This document shows, piece after piece, positions 1-12,009 of a DNA stretch of 64,000 bases. The translations under genes and the position numbers were made by a program. Source of the DNA: Diplonema japonicum (Eukaryota > Protista > Euglenozoa: Diplonemea); contig OZ025648.1 in the NCBI GenBank assembly GCA_964019335.1, positions 806,001 through 870,000 on the forward strand. Direction: 5' to 3'. The notes beneath the pieces are model-generated. The model was not told the origin of the DNA. It saw nothing but the letters and a program-made list of their open reading frames with translations, and ran no database searches. Positions within the stretch are counted from its first letter, which is position 1, and each line of letters begins with the position of its first letter.

Positions 1-703
1 GTATCGACCCTGTCGGGTGATGAGGAACTGGACAAGCAAAACTTCAGAATCTTGCAGCAGATGGTGACGCCTGAGATGGCCAGCAGGGTCGCAGCAGAAG
101 CAGCGGACTTTCTGGAAGAGCTGGCGAAAAGTGATAAAAGAGATGAATTCATGAAACAACTTATTGGTAACGGTGAATGGAGCCCCCGGCAGAACTTCAC
201 TGCATACATCAGAATCTTCAACCAGATGAAGATGAGAGGCGGGACATCTGTCCTGTCTGGTGTGTCACCTAGTGTTATCCCTGTATTGGCGAAGGTTTTG
301 GACGAATTCAGCGACTACCCGGAGGTTAGGGAAAATCGAAGGCGTGCTGCTGCCGCTTCCTTCACGAAGGATCTTGCAGTAGCCATCAAGAAGGACACGT
401 TGGCCTTCATTGCAAGGCCCGACAACGAGAGATTCGTCACACAGCTTAAAACCAGCCACAAGGATATCAATGAGGAGCTGTTGAGGGCACTGTGCAACGA
501 GCCTGGCTCGAGGCTGTCTGATTTTAGAGGAGAGAAGGGGATGGAAGAGGTATATTGAGGAGGATAAAAAAAAAATTTTTTTTTTAAAAATAAATGCGCA
601 GCTCAACTGCCTTCTTAAACCGTTCAATGACGATCCTGAACTTCTTGTTGCCAACCAGCAGATAGCTGAATCCGTATTTGCGAATTTACGGCTTGAGGAT
701 TAG
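1..703 (+). CDS. 5'-truncated gene with tandem protein C10 (C12orf57/Grcc10)-like helical repeats; exons <1..549 and 602..703
   Basis: Frame open from base 1. GT-AG intron 550-601 restores the frame to ...GMEELNCLLKPFNDDPELLVANQQIAESVFANLRLED*. Internally repeated segments (LDEFSDYPEV / LKPFNDDPEL; AFIARPDNERF) resemble the C10 domain. Confidence 0.6.
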
Positions 704-738
704 AATATGGTAGTGTTGGCATTTCTTTTCTTTTTTAC

Positions 739-790
739 CACAGTGAGCACCCCCATGCACACTGAAATTTTATCGAGTTTTTTTTTTTTT
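739..790 (+). repeat. ~45-bp dispersed repeat, also present at ~21129-21174 at the 3' end of LINE-like remnant 2
   Basis: ACAGTGAGCACCCCCATGCACACTGAAATTTTATCGAG followed by a T-run occurs at both loci. Confidence 0.85.
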
Positions 791-2036
791 CTTCCTTTTT
801 TTTCTTTTCTTTTTTTATTCCCTTGCTTTCGCAAGCTCCCAATGAAGAAGGAGGGAAAACAAAGAAGAAGAAGAAAAAAAAAAGGAAAAAAAAAAGACTC
901 ATACACCTTATTCAAGAGATATGATGGGTGTGTGATCTTTTTCTTTTTTTTTTTTTTTTGGTCGATTTGTTTGATTCCCTCTTCCCCTTTTTCGTTAGAA
1001 ATCTTTTTTAAAAAAAAGAAATTGAAGAAATGTATACACAGGGGAGCACACCTTTATTTCTTCTTCTTTTCTTCTTCTTCTTCTCTTTCTTCCTCCTTAC
1101 TTCGCTTTTTTGTCACCTAGCATTCTTTTTAAAGACATTTTTTTTTTTTCTGTTACACTCATCCATCCATTCCCGAAGGAAAGGGAAAGGGGTATTTAAA
1201 AAAAGAAAAAAAAAGAAACTGAACTGGTGTGTGCTAGCAGTTGTGATGGAGAGGGAAAAAAAAAAGAAAAAAGGATTAGCTTCTTAATTTCCATTATTTA
1301 TTCTTTTTTACCCCCTTTTCCTCCCTCCTTCCCCCCTCACCCTGATCATTTTCCACGGTAGGAACCATAGTTTTTTGTCGTGGGCCATTGACGCTGTACA
1401 AAAAAAGGGTCTAAAAATCAATAGGCAGAGGGGAAGGAGGGAGAAAAAACAAATATATAAGCCCAGAGGAAAAAAAAGAAAGTAGCAAGCTCTCCCCGTA
1501 CACTTTAGAAATATTACTGGAGAGATTCCCCCCCCCCCCCCCCCCTTCTGTTTTTTCCACACCCCTCTTTTCTCCGCCTTTTCAAAAACCCTTTTTTTTA
1601 AAGCTATGTTTGTGAAAATTATGGTTACTGCTCTCCACCAAAAAAAAAAAGAAAGTTACGGGACAGCATCTTCTATTTATTTGAATTTATTTATTTTATT
1701 TTTTCTATTTTCCCCGTTTTTAACGGCGTACTGTGCTGCAGGGTTTTTTTTTTTTTTTTTTTTTTTATTGTTCCCTCAAGAGGGATCTACTCATGTGTTG
1801 CTAACTATGAAAACCCCCCAGAAATCTAGTAAAAAAAAAAAAAGAAATCTACGGATACTCCCATCATATGTTTTAGCGAATTTTTTTTTTCCCCTTCCCC
1901 TCCTCTTTCTTTTGCAGCGATCCATGAAAAAAAAAAGAAGCTTTTACAACAATCCTTTTATTTGCTCTCTCTCCCTCTCCCTTTCTCTCCTCTCTCTCTC
2001 TTTCCTTTCTCCTCTCCTTCGTGCACTTGGCCTAGC

Positions 2037-2073
<37 letters not shown>

Positions 2074-2483
2074 TACTTATCCGTGAACACTAAGGTTTCC
2101 GTTCCCGTTTAGCCGGTGTTTTTTTTCTTTTTTTTTCTTCCCCCCCCTTTTTTTTTCTTAACTGCATGGCACCACTAAAATCGAGACAACCTTTTTTTTT
2201 CCCGAGGGGGTTTTCAAAAAAAAAAGAGAATTGTTATTTTGTAATTACGACCAGAAAAGGAAAAAAAGAAGAAAAAAAGATGGGAACGGAATGGGATGCG
2301 TTGTGTCACGGGGGGGGGGGGGGGGAGAAGAAGAAGAGAAACCCGAGTATTGACCCTTTTTACCCCCTCCGTCAGATAAAGAAAAAGAGGAGAGAATGTG
2401 AAACAGTCCGTTCTGTTGCACTCCCCCACTGATGGAAAAGAATCTATCAGAACCTTAACAAAAATCGAGGGGAAACACGGGGA

Positions 2484-2528
<45 letters not shown>

Positions 2529-2664
2529 ATGGTGTATCTGCAAAGCGAAAAAAAACAATCCCCCCCCCCCCCCCCCCCTCGTTTCGTAGCCACAAAAAAA
2601 ATTACTCCCCCTCTCCGACTTTTAAAACTTAAAAAAAAAAACCCAACCACCACCACAGGACAAC

Positions 2665-4137
2665 ATGGGGTGGCCACGGAACGGAAAAGAAGGAGGGAAA
2701 GGGAAAGGTAAAAACCGAGGGGGAGGGGGTAAAGGCGGATACCACAGAGGCCACCACGAGGGTTTTTTAAGCGAAAATGACGCGCTGCTCAGAGAGAAGG
2801 AAAGACAATGGGCCCGCGAAAGGGAACAAGACAGAGAAATGTCCACCGGAAGAAGAGGCAGGGACATTTGGGACGAACAGCCCACCTTCAAAAGGATACC
2901 AGAATTTGACGACACAAGACCTCTAAAGGAACTCGAAGAAATCCTCTTAGCCGCAGAAGACAAGTTAGAATCAATGCAAGACCAGCTTGCCGACGAAGGC
3001 CAACTCCAAAGAGAACAAGAAGACAACCGTCTTCGCCTGCAAAACGAGATCGACGACCTCACTCGCGACCGTGATGCCAAACACGAAGAAATCGACAATG
3101 TAAAAGACAGCGTCCACAGCATCAAAAGCATCACCACTGCCATCCAGAACAAAATCGGGGCCATCCAGGAGGAGAAAGAACACCTCCGTGCCACAAAAAG
3201 GAAGAAACAACAAGAACTCGGACTTAAAAACGGCGATGTACCCTCAGAAGAGGAAGCTACAAAGGCCATCAAAGCTGTTGAACACGAACTGGAAACAAGA
3301 CGGACTTTATCGTTGAAAACAGAAAAGCAATACCTGCAGAAGATCAAGAAGCTTGAGCACATCCGCGACGCGCTACGGGAACAAACCAGGTACAAGACAA
3401 AAGAGCATGAGAAAGACGATGAGATCAAACTTTGTCAAAAAGAGATGAGAAAGGTGAACGAGGACAAGGAGGAGCTGCTTAAGAAGGAAGCCCAGCTCCG
3501 AGACGAGCTGAACGCCATCAACAAAAAAATTGCCGGGAAAAAGAGAGAGCTGCAGCACAACTCCAGGAAGGACCTGGTCGCCTCCGAGCGAAGGCAGTAC
3601 GATTTCGTCGAGCTGATGTCCCACAAGGTCGGGTACAGGGGCGCCAAGATAAAGTTCGAAAACGCCCTCGAAGGATGGGAACAAAGGAAAACAACCTACC
3701 TCGAGAGGAGGGACGCCGAGATCGCTGTCAAAAAAGAACGGGACGAAGCGCACATTGACAAGGAAAACCCTTGGAAGGAACAAAAGGCCGTCTGTGAAGA
3801 CTTGACCACCTACCTCGAGAAGATCCACGAGGAGCAGGCCGCGTTAAAAAATGCTGAAGCGGAGGAAGAAGAGGAAGAAGAAGAGGCACAGCAAGAAAAA
3901 GAAAAGGACGCTGACGACAAGGACGAAAAGGAGACCAAGGACTGGCACGAGGATATGCCAAAGGAGAAGAAGACTCAGAAGAGAGTATGTTCTAAATATA
4001 AAAAAAACAAAAAAAATAAAAAAAAAAACAGCAGGAGCCATTGGTTCATGACGGAGGGAAGCGTGAAGGGTTTGAAACTCTCAAGATGCACGCACCACAC
4101 TACCCGGGGCAGGTCGCCAGAGCTCGTATGCTGCTTT

Positions 4138-4175
<38 letters not shown>

Positions 4176-4412
4176 TTGGTAATAATAATAAACAGTGGAC
4201 CAGCTCAAGCAGCGCAAGAACTGGTTTGAGACAGCTCCGTACACGGCCACCATGCCCGACTTCAGGTTTTCCAGGGGTCACAAGGGTTACAAAGGTGGCA
4301 AGGGCATGAAGGGTGGCAGAGGCGGCAAAGGGAGAAAGGGTGGCGGCAAGGTATTGGGGGGGAAAAAAAAGGAAAGAAAAACAAAAAAAAATAGGGCCGA
4401 AAGGGGTGGTAG
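2665..4412 (+). CDS. Bfr1-like coiled-coil protein with GK/RGG-rich termini; exons 2665-3984, 4032-4125, 4196-4350, 4395-4412 (~528 aa)
   Basis: Long coiled coil with PWKEQKAVCEDLTTYL. After splicing three GT-AG introns the C-terminus reads EPLVHDGGKREGFETLKMHAP...VARALDQLKQRKNWF, which fits the Bfr1-type tail. Confidence 0.6.
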
Positions 4413-5214
4413 ATTCTTAAACGGATTAATTATTCTTTTTTTTAAAAAAGGGTTTCATTTTATTCTTTTTTTTTGATTTTATTTTTTTAATCTCCCGATC
4501 CTAGAATTGTTCCCCCCCCTCTTTTTTTGCTTTTTTTTCCCAGACGGTTAATTAAAACTTAATGAAGCTCTTCCCTCCCCCCTCGTAGTTTTGCCTTCTC
4601 CCTTCCCCCTTTCCCAAATAAAAAAGAAAATAAATAAATAAAAAAATAGTGTTATAATTTGCTCCCTTTGGTTTTCAAATAGAGAAAATGACGAAAGGAA
4701 TGAGATACAACAAAGAAAAGGAGGGCGGGGGGAAAGGAACACGGAAAGAGAAGAGAGAGTTTTTTCTCTCTTTTCCTCATTCTACCCTTTCCCCCCCTCC
4801 CACTTCCTTTTATTGTTCTCCATGTTCTCTCTCTTGCCGCTCCGGGTTTCTAATGTGATTTCCTACTTTTCTTTTTCGTAAGATCCCGGGGAAATTCCTA
4901 TTTTGCTTCTACAACTGGAATATTAATTAAATCGACAGACACGTTTCTGATCACGAGAAAAAAAAAATCAACTCAAAACCGACCCCGCTTTCAGAATCTC
5001 CCTGTTCAACACGAAATAAGGCCCCTTGAGGATATCATGGTTTCAAATTAGAAATTCGAAGGATTTAAAAAAAAAAAAAAAACAAAAAAAAGTTTTTTTT
5101 TTTTTTTTTTCCCTTTTTAATATTGCTTATTTGATGAAAACGACGAGTGCTTCAGGTACCACTTCTCTCCTTCCCCTCCCCTCCTTCTTTTTAATTTCTT
5201 TTTGTTTACAAAGT

Positions 5215-5254
<40 letters not shown>

Positions 5255-5329
5255 CTTACCCAAAAAACTCAATTTCTTTTTCTTCTTTTTTTTTACAGAC
5301 CGGGGGAAAAAAAAAAAGAAGAAAAAAAA

Positions 5330-5813
5330 ATGACCAAAGACGCGACATGGTCACAGTTTGATACCAAGAAGACGGCTTCTGAGGAAGTGTGGCGGAGTGG
5401 GTCGCAATGGAATTGTTTTCAAGAGATCGATGTTTGCTGGATGACTACCTTCTGCTCTCCTTGCATGATCGGGAGGGAGTGGAGCGCCGCTAAGAATCAC
5501 GAAACTTACCGTACAAACTGGCCCGTTTGCCTTGCGAGTTTATTCTGCAGTTTATGCATTATCACCCACCTCAGAACCTCCGTGAGGAAAATCGGTGACC
5601 CCTCAGTGGCAAAAGACAATCCAGCAGCTTGGATTCCTGGTACTGCAAAAAAAATTTTAAAAAAAAAAAATTAAAAAAAAATTAAAAAAAGGCTCTGTTC
5701 TGGAGGACTTCTGCTGCACTTTTTGCTGCAGCCCGTGCGTAACCTGCCACATTGGCCGTGAACTGAAGGCGAGGAGCTACCCTTGCGGAACCATCTGCCA
5801 GAGGATGGAATAG
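5330..5813 (+). CDS. PLAC8-family cysteine-rich protein; exons 5330-5639 and 5692-5813 (143 aa)
   Basis: WNCFQEIDVCWMTTFCSPC; after intron 5640-5691, IPGSVLEDFCCTFCCSPCVTCHIGRELK is the PLAC8 C-terminal motif. Confidence 0.85.
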
Positions 5814-5975
5814 ACACATGACAACAACAGCACCCCCCCCTTTTTTTTCTTTCTTCCCCATTGTTTCCCTTAAGTTGTACATTGGGTTGCACAATTTTTG
5901 TTTTTTTCCAAAATGAAACAAGGAATAGTAATAAAGGATGAGGGGGGAGGGGGAAGGGGGAGAGAGAATAACTGG

Positions 5976-6009
<34 letters not shown>

Positions 6010-7088
6010 TCGCACTCTCCTGTATATTTTTTTCCCCCTCCTTTTTTTTTCTCTCCCCTTTGTTTATGCAGTGCTTTTTTTTTTCTTTGTTCGAATAAAA
6101 AAAAGAGAGTTTTGTGTTTTTTTTTTCACCCCCTCCCCCCACAGAATAATAAAAACTTTGAAAATATTTCTCTGGCCACCTCCCCCCTTTTTTATTGTTT
6201 ACCCCCCCCCCCCACTTTTATCGCCTGCAATATGTGTTTTTCTGTTTCTTTTTTTTTGCGGGAGAGGAAGAGGAAAGACTTTTTTCAATAAAAGAAGTCA
6301 TTATATACTCTTTTTTAAACTATGGTGCAAAGAAAAAAAAATGTAAAGGATCCTTCTGCCAGAGTGCCAAGAAAAGTGCCATGATAATGATGTTTTTTCT
6401 CTTTTCTCTTTTTTTTTTTTTTCTTTTGTCCCTCCCCCTTTTTTTTACCAGCGTTTTAGATAACAGAAAAAAAAAGGGGGAAAAAGTGGCGGGGGCCTCA
6501 GAGCTGCTCCCCCTCTTTTTTTTCTCCCCCCCCCGAGTTTCTATTTTTTTTTCATTAAGACTTTTTAAATCCAAACGCTATTTTGTCAATGCTTTTTTTT
6601 CGAAAAATGCGAAGAGCGCTTTTTTAAATTTTCACAAAAAAAGGGGCAGCATGCGACCACAGGAGTGCTTTTGTCTTTGTACGATATTCTGTGTGCGTTT
6701 TTTTTTTTTTTTTTTGGCCTGTTTTTGGCCCTCCTGATTCAGGCAAAAAAATCAATCTTGCAGCCTCTTTTTCGGTTCACATGCCCTAATTTACCACATG
6801 CAGAGCCCCTCCTGAGTATCATGTAAAACAAAAATAGATACTAGAACTCTAACACCAAGCTTCGGGGCAGGTAGGGGCGTAGTGTCCCAGTTCACCACTT
6901 TCCACAGCGCATCGTGCCTTGTGAGACTCTGCTTGGCAACGGGCGCCAGGGTGAAAGGACCAGAACCAGGACAAACCCGACAGTGTCTTTCTCGACCACA
7001 CGTGTTTCAGAAGGACCGGTCAGGTTCACCTTTGCCAAAAAAAAAAAAAAAAAAAAAGAGCGGGGAACAAAAAAAAAAAAAAAAAAAA

Positions 7089-8279
7089 ATGTTAACACTA
7101 ATGACAATGACAGCAGGGCTGACCATGGGATGGGATCCAAAGGGTTTGGCGAACACACCCCTCATGGGGTGGAACAACTGGGGCACAGTGGGATGCAACT
7201 ACAACGACTCCTACATAAGAGAAGTCGCCGACTCCATGTCAACAGGCGGCCTCCAAGCAGCAGGCTATCACATGATAATCCTACAAGGGTGCATAGTACC
7301 AAAGGGAAGCAGGGACAACACAACGCACGCCCCTATCGTCGACCCTGAAAAATTCCCGAACGGGATGAAAAGCCTAGCAGACTACGTCCACACCAAAAAC
7401 CTAACAATCGGGATCACCACAAGCACGGGGACCACAACATGCGAAGGTTTCGAAGGCAGTTACGGGTACGAGACGATAGACGCGGCAACTTATCAATCCT
7501 GGGGACTAGACATGATTAACGAACAAGTGTGCGGATTGCCCAACGGAGCTGTTCCTAAAACGTTATTCACAAAAATGCAAACTGCCATCACAGCCTCTAA
7601 CTCCCCAATGCTACTATACATGGATGCTCAAGGACAAGGCAATGTCGAAACCTGGGGGCCTTCCATTGGAACCGTCTGGAGCACTTCCACAGGGTTGAAT
7701 ATAACAACTTCCACGTACAACGACATGTTTAATGATTACAACAACGATCTTAAATTCCCGAACGCGACATCGCTCGGTGCATGGCAGGACCCTGGATTGC
7801 TGATGGTGGGGTCCCCTGAACTCACTCCTGAAGAATGGGAAACTCACTTCTCGTTGTGGGCGATCGCCGCTGCGCCTTTGTTCACATCTTTCAACGTTGT
7901 GAAACCGCCTTATGGGGTCATGTCTGTGTATACCAACACGGATGTGATCGCTGTGAACCAAGACCCTTTGGCGAAGATGGGTTTGCTGGTTGTATCGAAA
8001 AATGCAACTAACCCTAGTACTGTCAATTCTGTGTGGGTGAAACCCATGTCACCGGCGGCCGGGGAGTCTCAAGCTGCTGCGGTTTTGCTTATTAACACGG
8101 ACGACTCGAATACAGCTGAGATTATTTTGTACTTCGCCGATATTTTCCCCGGTGTGAGCACCGTCCATTCCGTCCGCGATCTCTGGGAGCACAAGGACCT
8201 AGGGAGCATGACCACAAAGTTTTCCGCTAGCCTTTCTCCTCATGTGTCAATTGCTCTTAGAGTCGCGATCACGGCGTGA
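7089..8279 (+). CDS. Secreted GH27 alpha-galactosidase-like protein, catalytic aspartates apparently lost
   Basis: Signal peptide, then GLANTPLMGWNNW, DPEKFPNGMKSLADYVH, HFSLWAIAAAPL, VIAVNQDPL and VRDLWEHKDLG. True ATG follows a poly-A run at 7089. Confidence 0.85.
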   Translation: MLTLMTMTAGLTMGWDPKGLANTPLMGWNNWGTVGCNYNDSYIREVADSMSTGGLQAAGYHMIILQGCIVPKGSRDNTTHAPIVDPEKFPNGMKSLADYVHTKNLTIGITTSTGTTTCEGFEGSYGYETIDAATYQSWGLDMINEQVCGLPNGAVPKTLFTKMQTAITASNSPMLLYMDAQGQGNVETWGPSIGTVWSTSTGLNITTSTYNDMFNDYNNDLKFPNATSLGAWQDPGLLMVGSPELTPEEWETHFSLWAIAAAPLFTSFNVVKPPYGVMSVYTNTDVIAVNQDPLAKMGLLVVSKNATNPSTVNSVWVKPMSPAAGESQAAAVLLINTDDSNTAEIILYFADIFPGVSTVHSVRDLWEHKDLGSMTTKFSASLSPHVSIALRVAITA

Positions 8280-9539
8280 GAGATTTTTTTTTTTTTTTTT
8301 TTTTTTCCCGTATTCGGCTTTCATTCTTGAAGGTTTTAAAAAAAGAATTTTTTTTTGTTTTGTTCTATTTGTGTTTTTTCGCCTGAACGAGTGCCTCAAG
8401 GAACGTGAGGAAATGGAAAGAATTAAAAAAAAAAGGGGGGGAAGGGGAAGAAAAAAAAGATTTTTTTTTTCATATTGGTACGAGTAAAACGTTATAAAAC
8501 AATGTATTGGGAACGTGCCCCGACTTTTTTTTTTTTGTAAAAAAGAAACGTTTTGTGTGTTGCCAATGCAGTGTGGACGTGATCATCTCTCTGTTTTGCG
8601 TTGCTACAAGTATTTCAGCAACATAGGAAGAAAAAAATTTTTTAAACTAACAAAAGGGGAACGGAACGCCCAAGACGAAGGTTTTCTTGTCGAAGGTTTT
8701 CTTTTGAAACTTTCGTTGAAAACCAGGGGGGGGGGGGGGGGGAAGGGAAACCAGAAAAGAATCAGTCAAGAAAAAAAAAGAGGAAAAAAAAAAAATATTA
8801 TCTGCGGCACTTCCTGCGGACTGATTTTATCCGGTCTGGTAAGTAAACCCTTAAGACCCTCGGTCTTTATTTACGGGGTATTAAAAAAAAAAAAATCGGG
8901 GAAAAAACACAAACAGAGAGACTCCCCCCCCAATGCTATGTGCAAATCCCACATACCATTCTTCTGTGTCGTTCGTTACCTCCATGCACACATTCTTTCC
9001 CTTTTTTTTCATTTTTTGTCTTCGTTTCAATTTTCTTTTTTTTTTTTCCCGGCTAGGGAGCAAAGGGGCAGCAAGACCTTTGGCTGGGTCTAGGTGCGTA
9101 ACGACACCTCCCCTTGAGCGAGTCACAAGAGACAGGAACAAGGCAAACCATGCAGCGAGCGACTGTCACCGTACACAAACAAACCTTTCAAAACAGGGGT
9201 AACATGGATCGCATTTGGCTTCGGCTTAGGAGCTCACTCCAAAGTGTCGTTTGACTACAAACACCGTACTTTACGGTACACTTGGAGCCGACTGTGGTGG
9301 GTACTGAGCGCCGTTGTGTCACCTTGACATTGAAAGATCGATTTTTTTTTTTTCTCACAGAAGGCAAGGATCATCTCCAGCTCCATCCTCCCCTCTTGCC
9401 TCTACGGTGTTGCGTATGCCCCCCCCTCGAAAGTGGATGCAGGCACAATCCGGTCGAGAGTAGCGACATGCCTCTGGGGACCGAAGTTCAAGATGCGCTC
9501 ACCGTGTGCTGTAGCGAACATCTTGCTGGCACACGACGG

Positions 9540-10880
9540 ACCCGCTGGTGGTGACGCTTTATCGACTGTTGTGCACGGTGGTGAAGGTTGGTAGGTCGGA
9601 TGCAGAGCTGTGGGACCGGATGGGAAGGTGTGCCGCCCTGTACCTGCAGAGCGACGTGGAGGCCCAGGGACCAGTGGGAACCCTAGTGAGACGATGGCTG
9701 CCGGCGGTCGGGAAGAGCTGGAGTTTTGTGGAAGGGCTGCGTACCACGACCGAGCGGGAACGCAAACACGAGATCCGCCGAGTGGCACGGGCCATGACAG
9801 CAGCGGAACAAGCAGAAGGGAGGACCTCCTACAGCGGCATGCCAGAGGGGGCCGACCCGGTCACGAACGGGTGGTGGAGGGCGCTCGCGAACAACCCGAT
9901 GGCGGCGTACAGGTTGAGGAGGCTGATTGCTGGGGCGGTGTTTGCGGTGTACCCTGCGGTGCGGGGAGTGGGAGGGGCCGGACAACCCGCTGCAGCACCT
10001 CTGTGACGTGTGTGGGGAGCGTTACGGCAGCTACACCGAGGTGCTGGAGCACGCCCTCTGGCGATGCGAACTCGGAGATGCGGTGCGGGGCAAGGCAGAG
10101 TATGCGAGTCTCGACCCGGCGACCATGCCGAACGCGACGACGCTCCACGGGATAGTGCCCAGGGGATGCCAAGACAAGCCGAGGGCCCTGTTGGTGCAAA
10201 GGTACCTGCTGGAGGTGGTCACACTGAGGGATACGGCGGTGGAAGCGAACCGCGCATTGCAGACGCAGACATACCCGTGGCGGGTGGTCGTGACGGGAAG
10301 GGCACACCCGACGCCGACGGTGGCCGAATTACGTGGGCTGGGAGCATCGGGGAAGGTGATGGACAGGCTGCTGGGGCCGGTGCTGAGGTGGCTGAGTGGC
10401 TTGCTGTGGGGTGACGCCCCTGGACGGCACACGACGGTTACGACGCTGGAGCTTGCCCTCGACTTCGAGCGGGAGACGGAGCTGCCGCTAGACGACGGCG
10501 GGGAAGTGGGCAAGGTGGAGGACCTGGGCGTCAAGGCAAGGAGGCTGAGGTATGTGCTGAGACGTGTCCAGGACCTGTACCACGCTGATGGCAGAAGGAC
10601 GGCGTTCCCAGCAGCGCGAGTGGATCGCGTCAACTCCCTGCGCTGTATAGGAGGACCGACCACACACGGGTATGACAGGAGGCCAGTACTCCCGGAGCGA
10701 ACCATGAGCAGCATCGAAGGCTTGCGTGACACGTACCTGTCGCAGACCCCGACAAGGCTGCCCCGCAGTTTTACCACCGCAGTAGGAACCCGCCAGAGCC
10801 CCCAGAACGGGGACAACGGGGACTAAGAACAGCGCGGCCGGTGAGCGCAAAAACGCATACCTTAAAAGAATAGTTTTTTT
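9540..10880 (+). mobile_element. Degenerate non-LTR retrotransposon-like 3' remnant 1 (CCHC zinc knuckle region, frameshifted)
   Basis: GC-rich island with the C-X2-C-X11-H-X4-C motif CDVCGERYGSYTEVLEHALWRC. Colinear protein similarity to remnant 2 at ~20190-21170. No RT domain is visible, so the class is inferred. Confidence 0.6.
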
Positions 10881-11501
10881 TTCTTTTTACTTAATTCCGC
10901 AAAGTTACATGAGGAAATTTCTAAAGGGCCATAAAAATCAGAAATCACTTTGCCGTTCACGAGTAAATGCAAAGTGAAGAATAAATGCAAAGAGCTACCA
11001 CTGAGCTAAAGCATGTTGCGCTTTTACAACGTCACTCGACATATAAGTTAACTGGTTCGCAAAATATGAGACGTAACCCAACCTGCCCAAAACACAGCCA
11101 GGTATCTGAGGCAAAACACAGTCAGGCATCCGAGGCAAAAGAGGCATAAACACACTTTACCAGGTTTCCGAGCCACCAAGCATCACCGCCGAAAATTACA
11201 CTGGCCATGCATACAGGCGTTCTTTTGCACGATACCTTGTTGATGAAGGAACCTGCTATTTTGGCTGGAAGTCAGATCTGATCAAGCCCCTGCACAAAAC
11301 CAGCAGTTTCTGAAAGAGCGATGATCAAGTGCCGACACAAATTACACAAAACCTACAGAATTCTGTCAATTTGACATCGCCTTCTCAGACAATCAGGCTT
11401 AGTTTTGACATCAATGTGAATATTTCGCAGAAGTGAACATAAAGGGTTCACAGTGTCCGAAATTTCCTCGTTTAACTTTGCAAAAATTAAGTAAAATATC
11501 A

Positions 11502-11648
11502 TACTAAATAAAAATCAGCCAGATTTTTACTCAGAATTTTTTTTTTTCACTCGTTTTTTTGAATTTCACTCGCTTCGCTCGTGAAATTCAACTACTCGTG
11601 AAAAAAAAATTCTTCGTAAAAATCAGGTAATCTGATTTTTATTTAGTA
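11502..11648. mobile_element. Palindromic MITE-like element (~147 bp)
   Basis: Terminal inverted repeat TACTAAATAAAAATCAG...CTGATTTTTATTTAGTA, with a central hairpin TGAATTTCAC-TCGCTTCGCTC-GTGAAATTCA. Confidence 0.75.
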
Positions 11649-11773
11649 AATAGTCATTTTTGGTGCCTGCACCCCTCCTCTTTATTTAATTCATAAAAGG
11701 ACCTGTTTTTTTCTTTCTTTTTTTTTTTTTTTTCCCCTTCAAAATCTCATACCATCGGCGGTTATAGTGACAA

Positions 11774-12009
11774 GAGGTGGTGGGGATAACATGAAAATAT
11801 AAGAAAAAAAAACATCAGATGTGTTGTTCGCTGTTGACCTCCTCGTCGGTCATCGCCCGAGTGGAAGAACGTAACGCAGATGCTCAGAGTGACGAACAGG
11901 CAGCGAACTGCATGAATGGGTGCCGAATCTTGGTTACCCGGGAGCGCCTTCTGTAATCAAGTAGACAGTTCTTGTGCAGGGCGCCGCCAACACCGGCCTC
12001 TTTTAACTC
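11774..12009. repeat. Dispersed repeat, shorter (internally deleted) copy of 18781-19099
   Basis: AGGTGGTGGGGATAACATGAAAATATAAG...GTGCAGGGCGCCGCCAACACCGGCCTC is shared; this copy lacks ~80 bp. Confidence 0.85.

Noticed and set aside
700-2711. Many poly-Lys/Phe/Gly/Pro ORFs here and throughout the intergenic DNA
   Set aside because: They are translations of A/T/G/C homopolymer runs with no domain content.
6882-7088. N-terminal extensions in the ORF track (also 5213, 26611, 48316, 51694, 59721, 63037)
   Set aside because: They begin at TTG/GTG and run through low-complexity leaders; homology or a signal peptide starts at the downstream ATG.
10940-11012. tRNA A-box-like TAGCTCAGTGGTAG on the minus strand
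   Set aside because: No B-box (GTTCRA) or cloverleaf follows.
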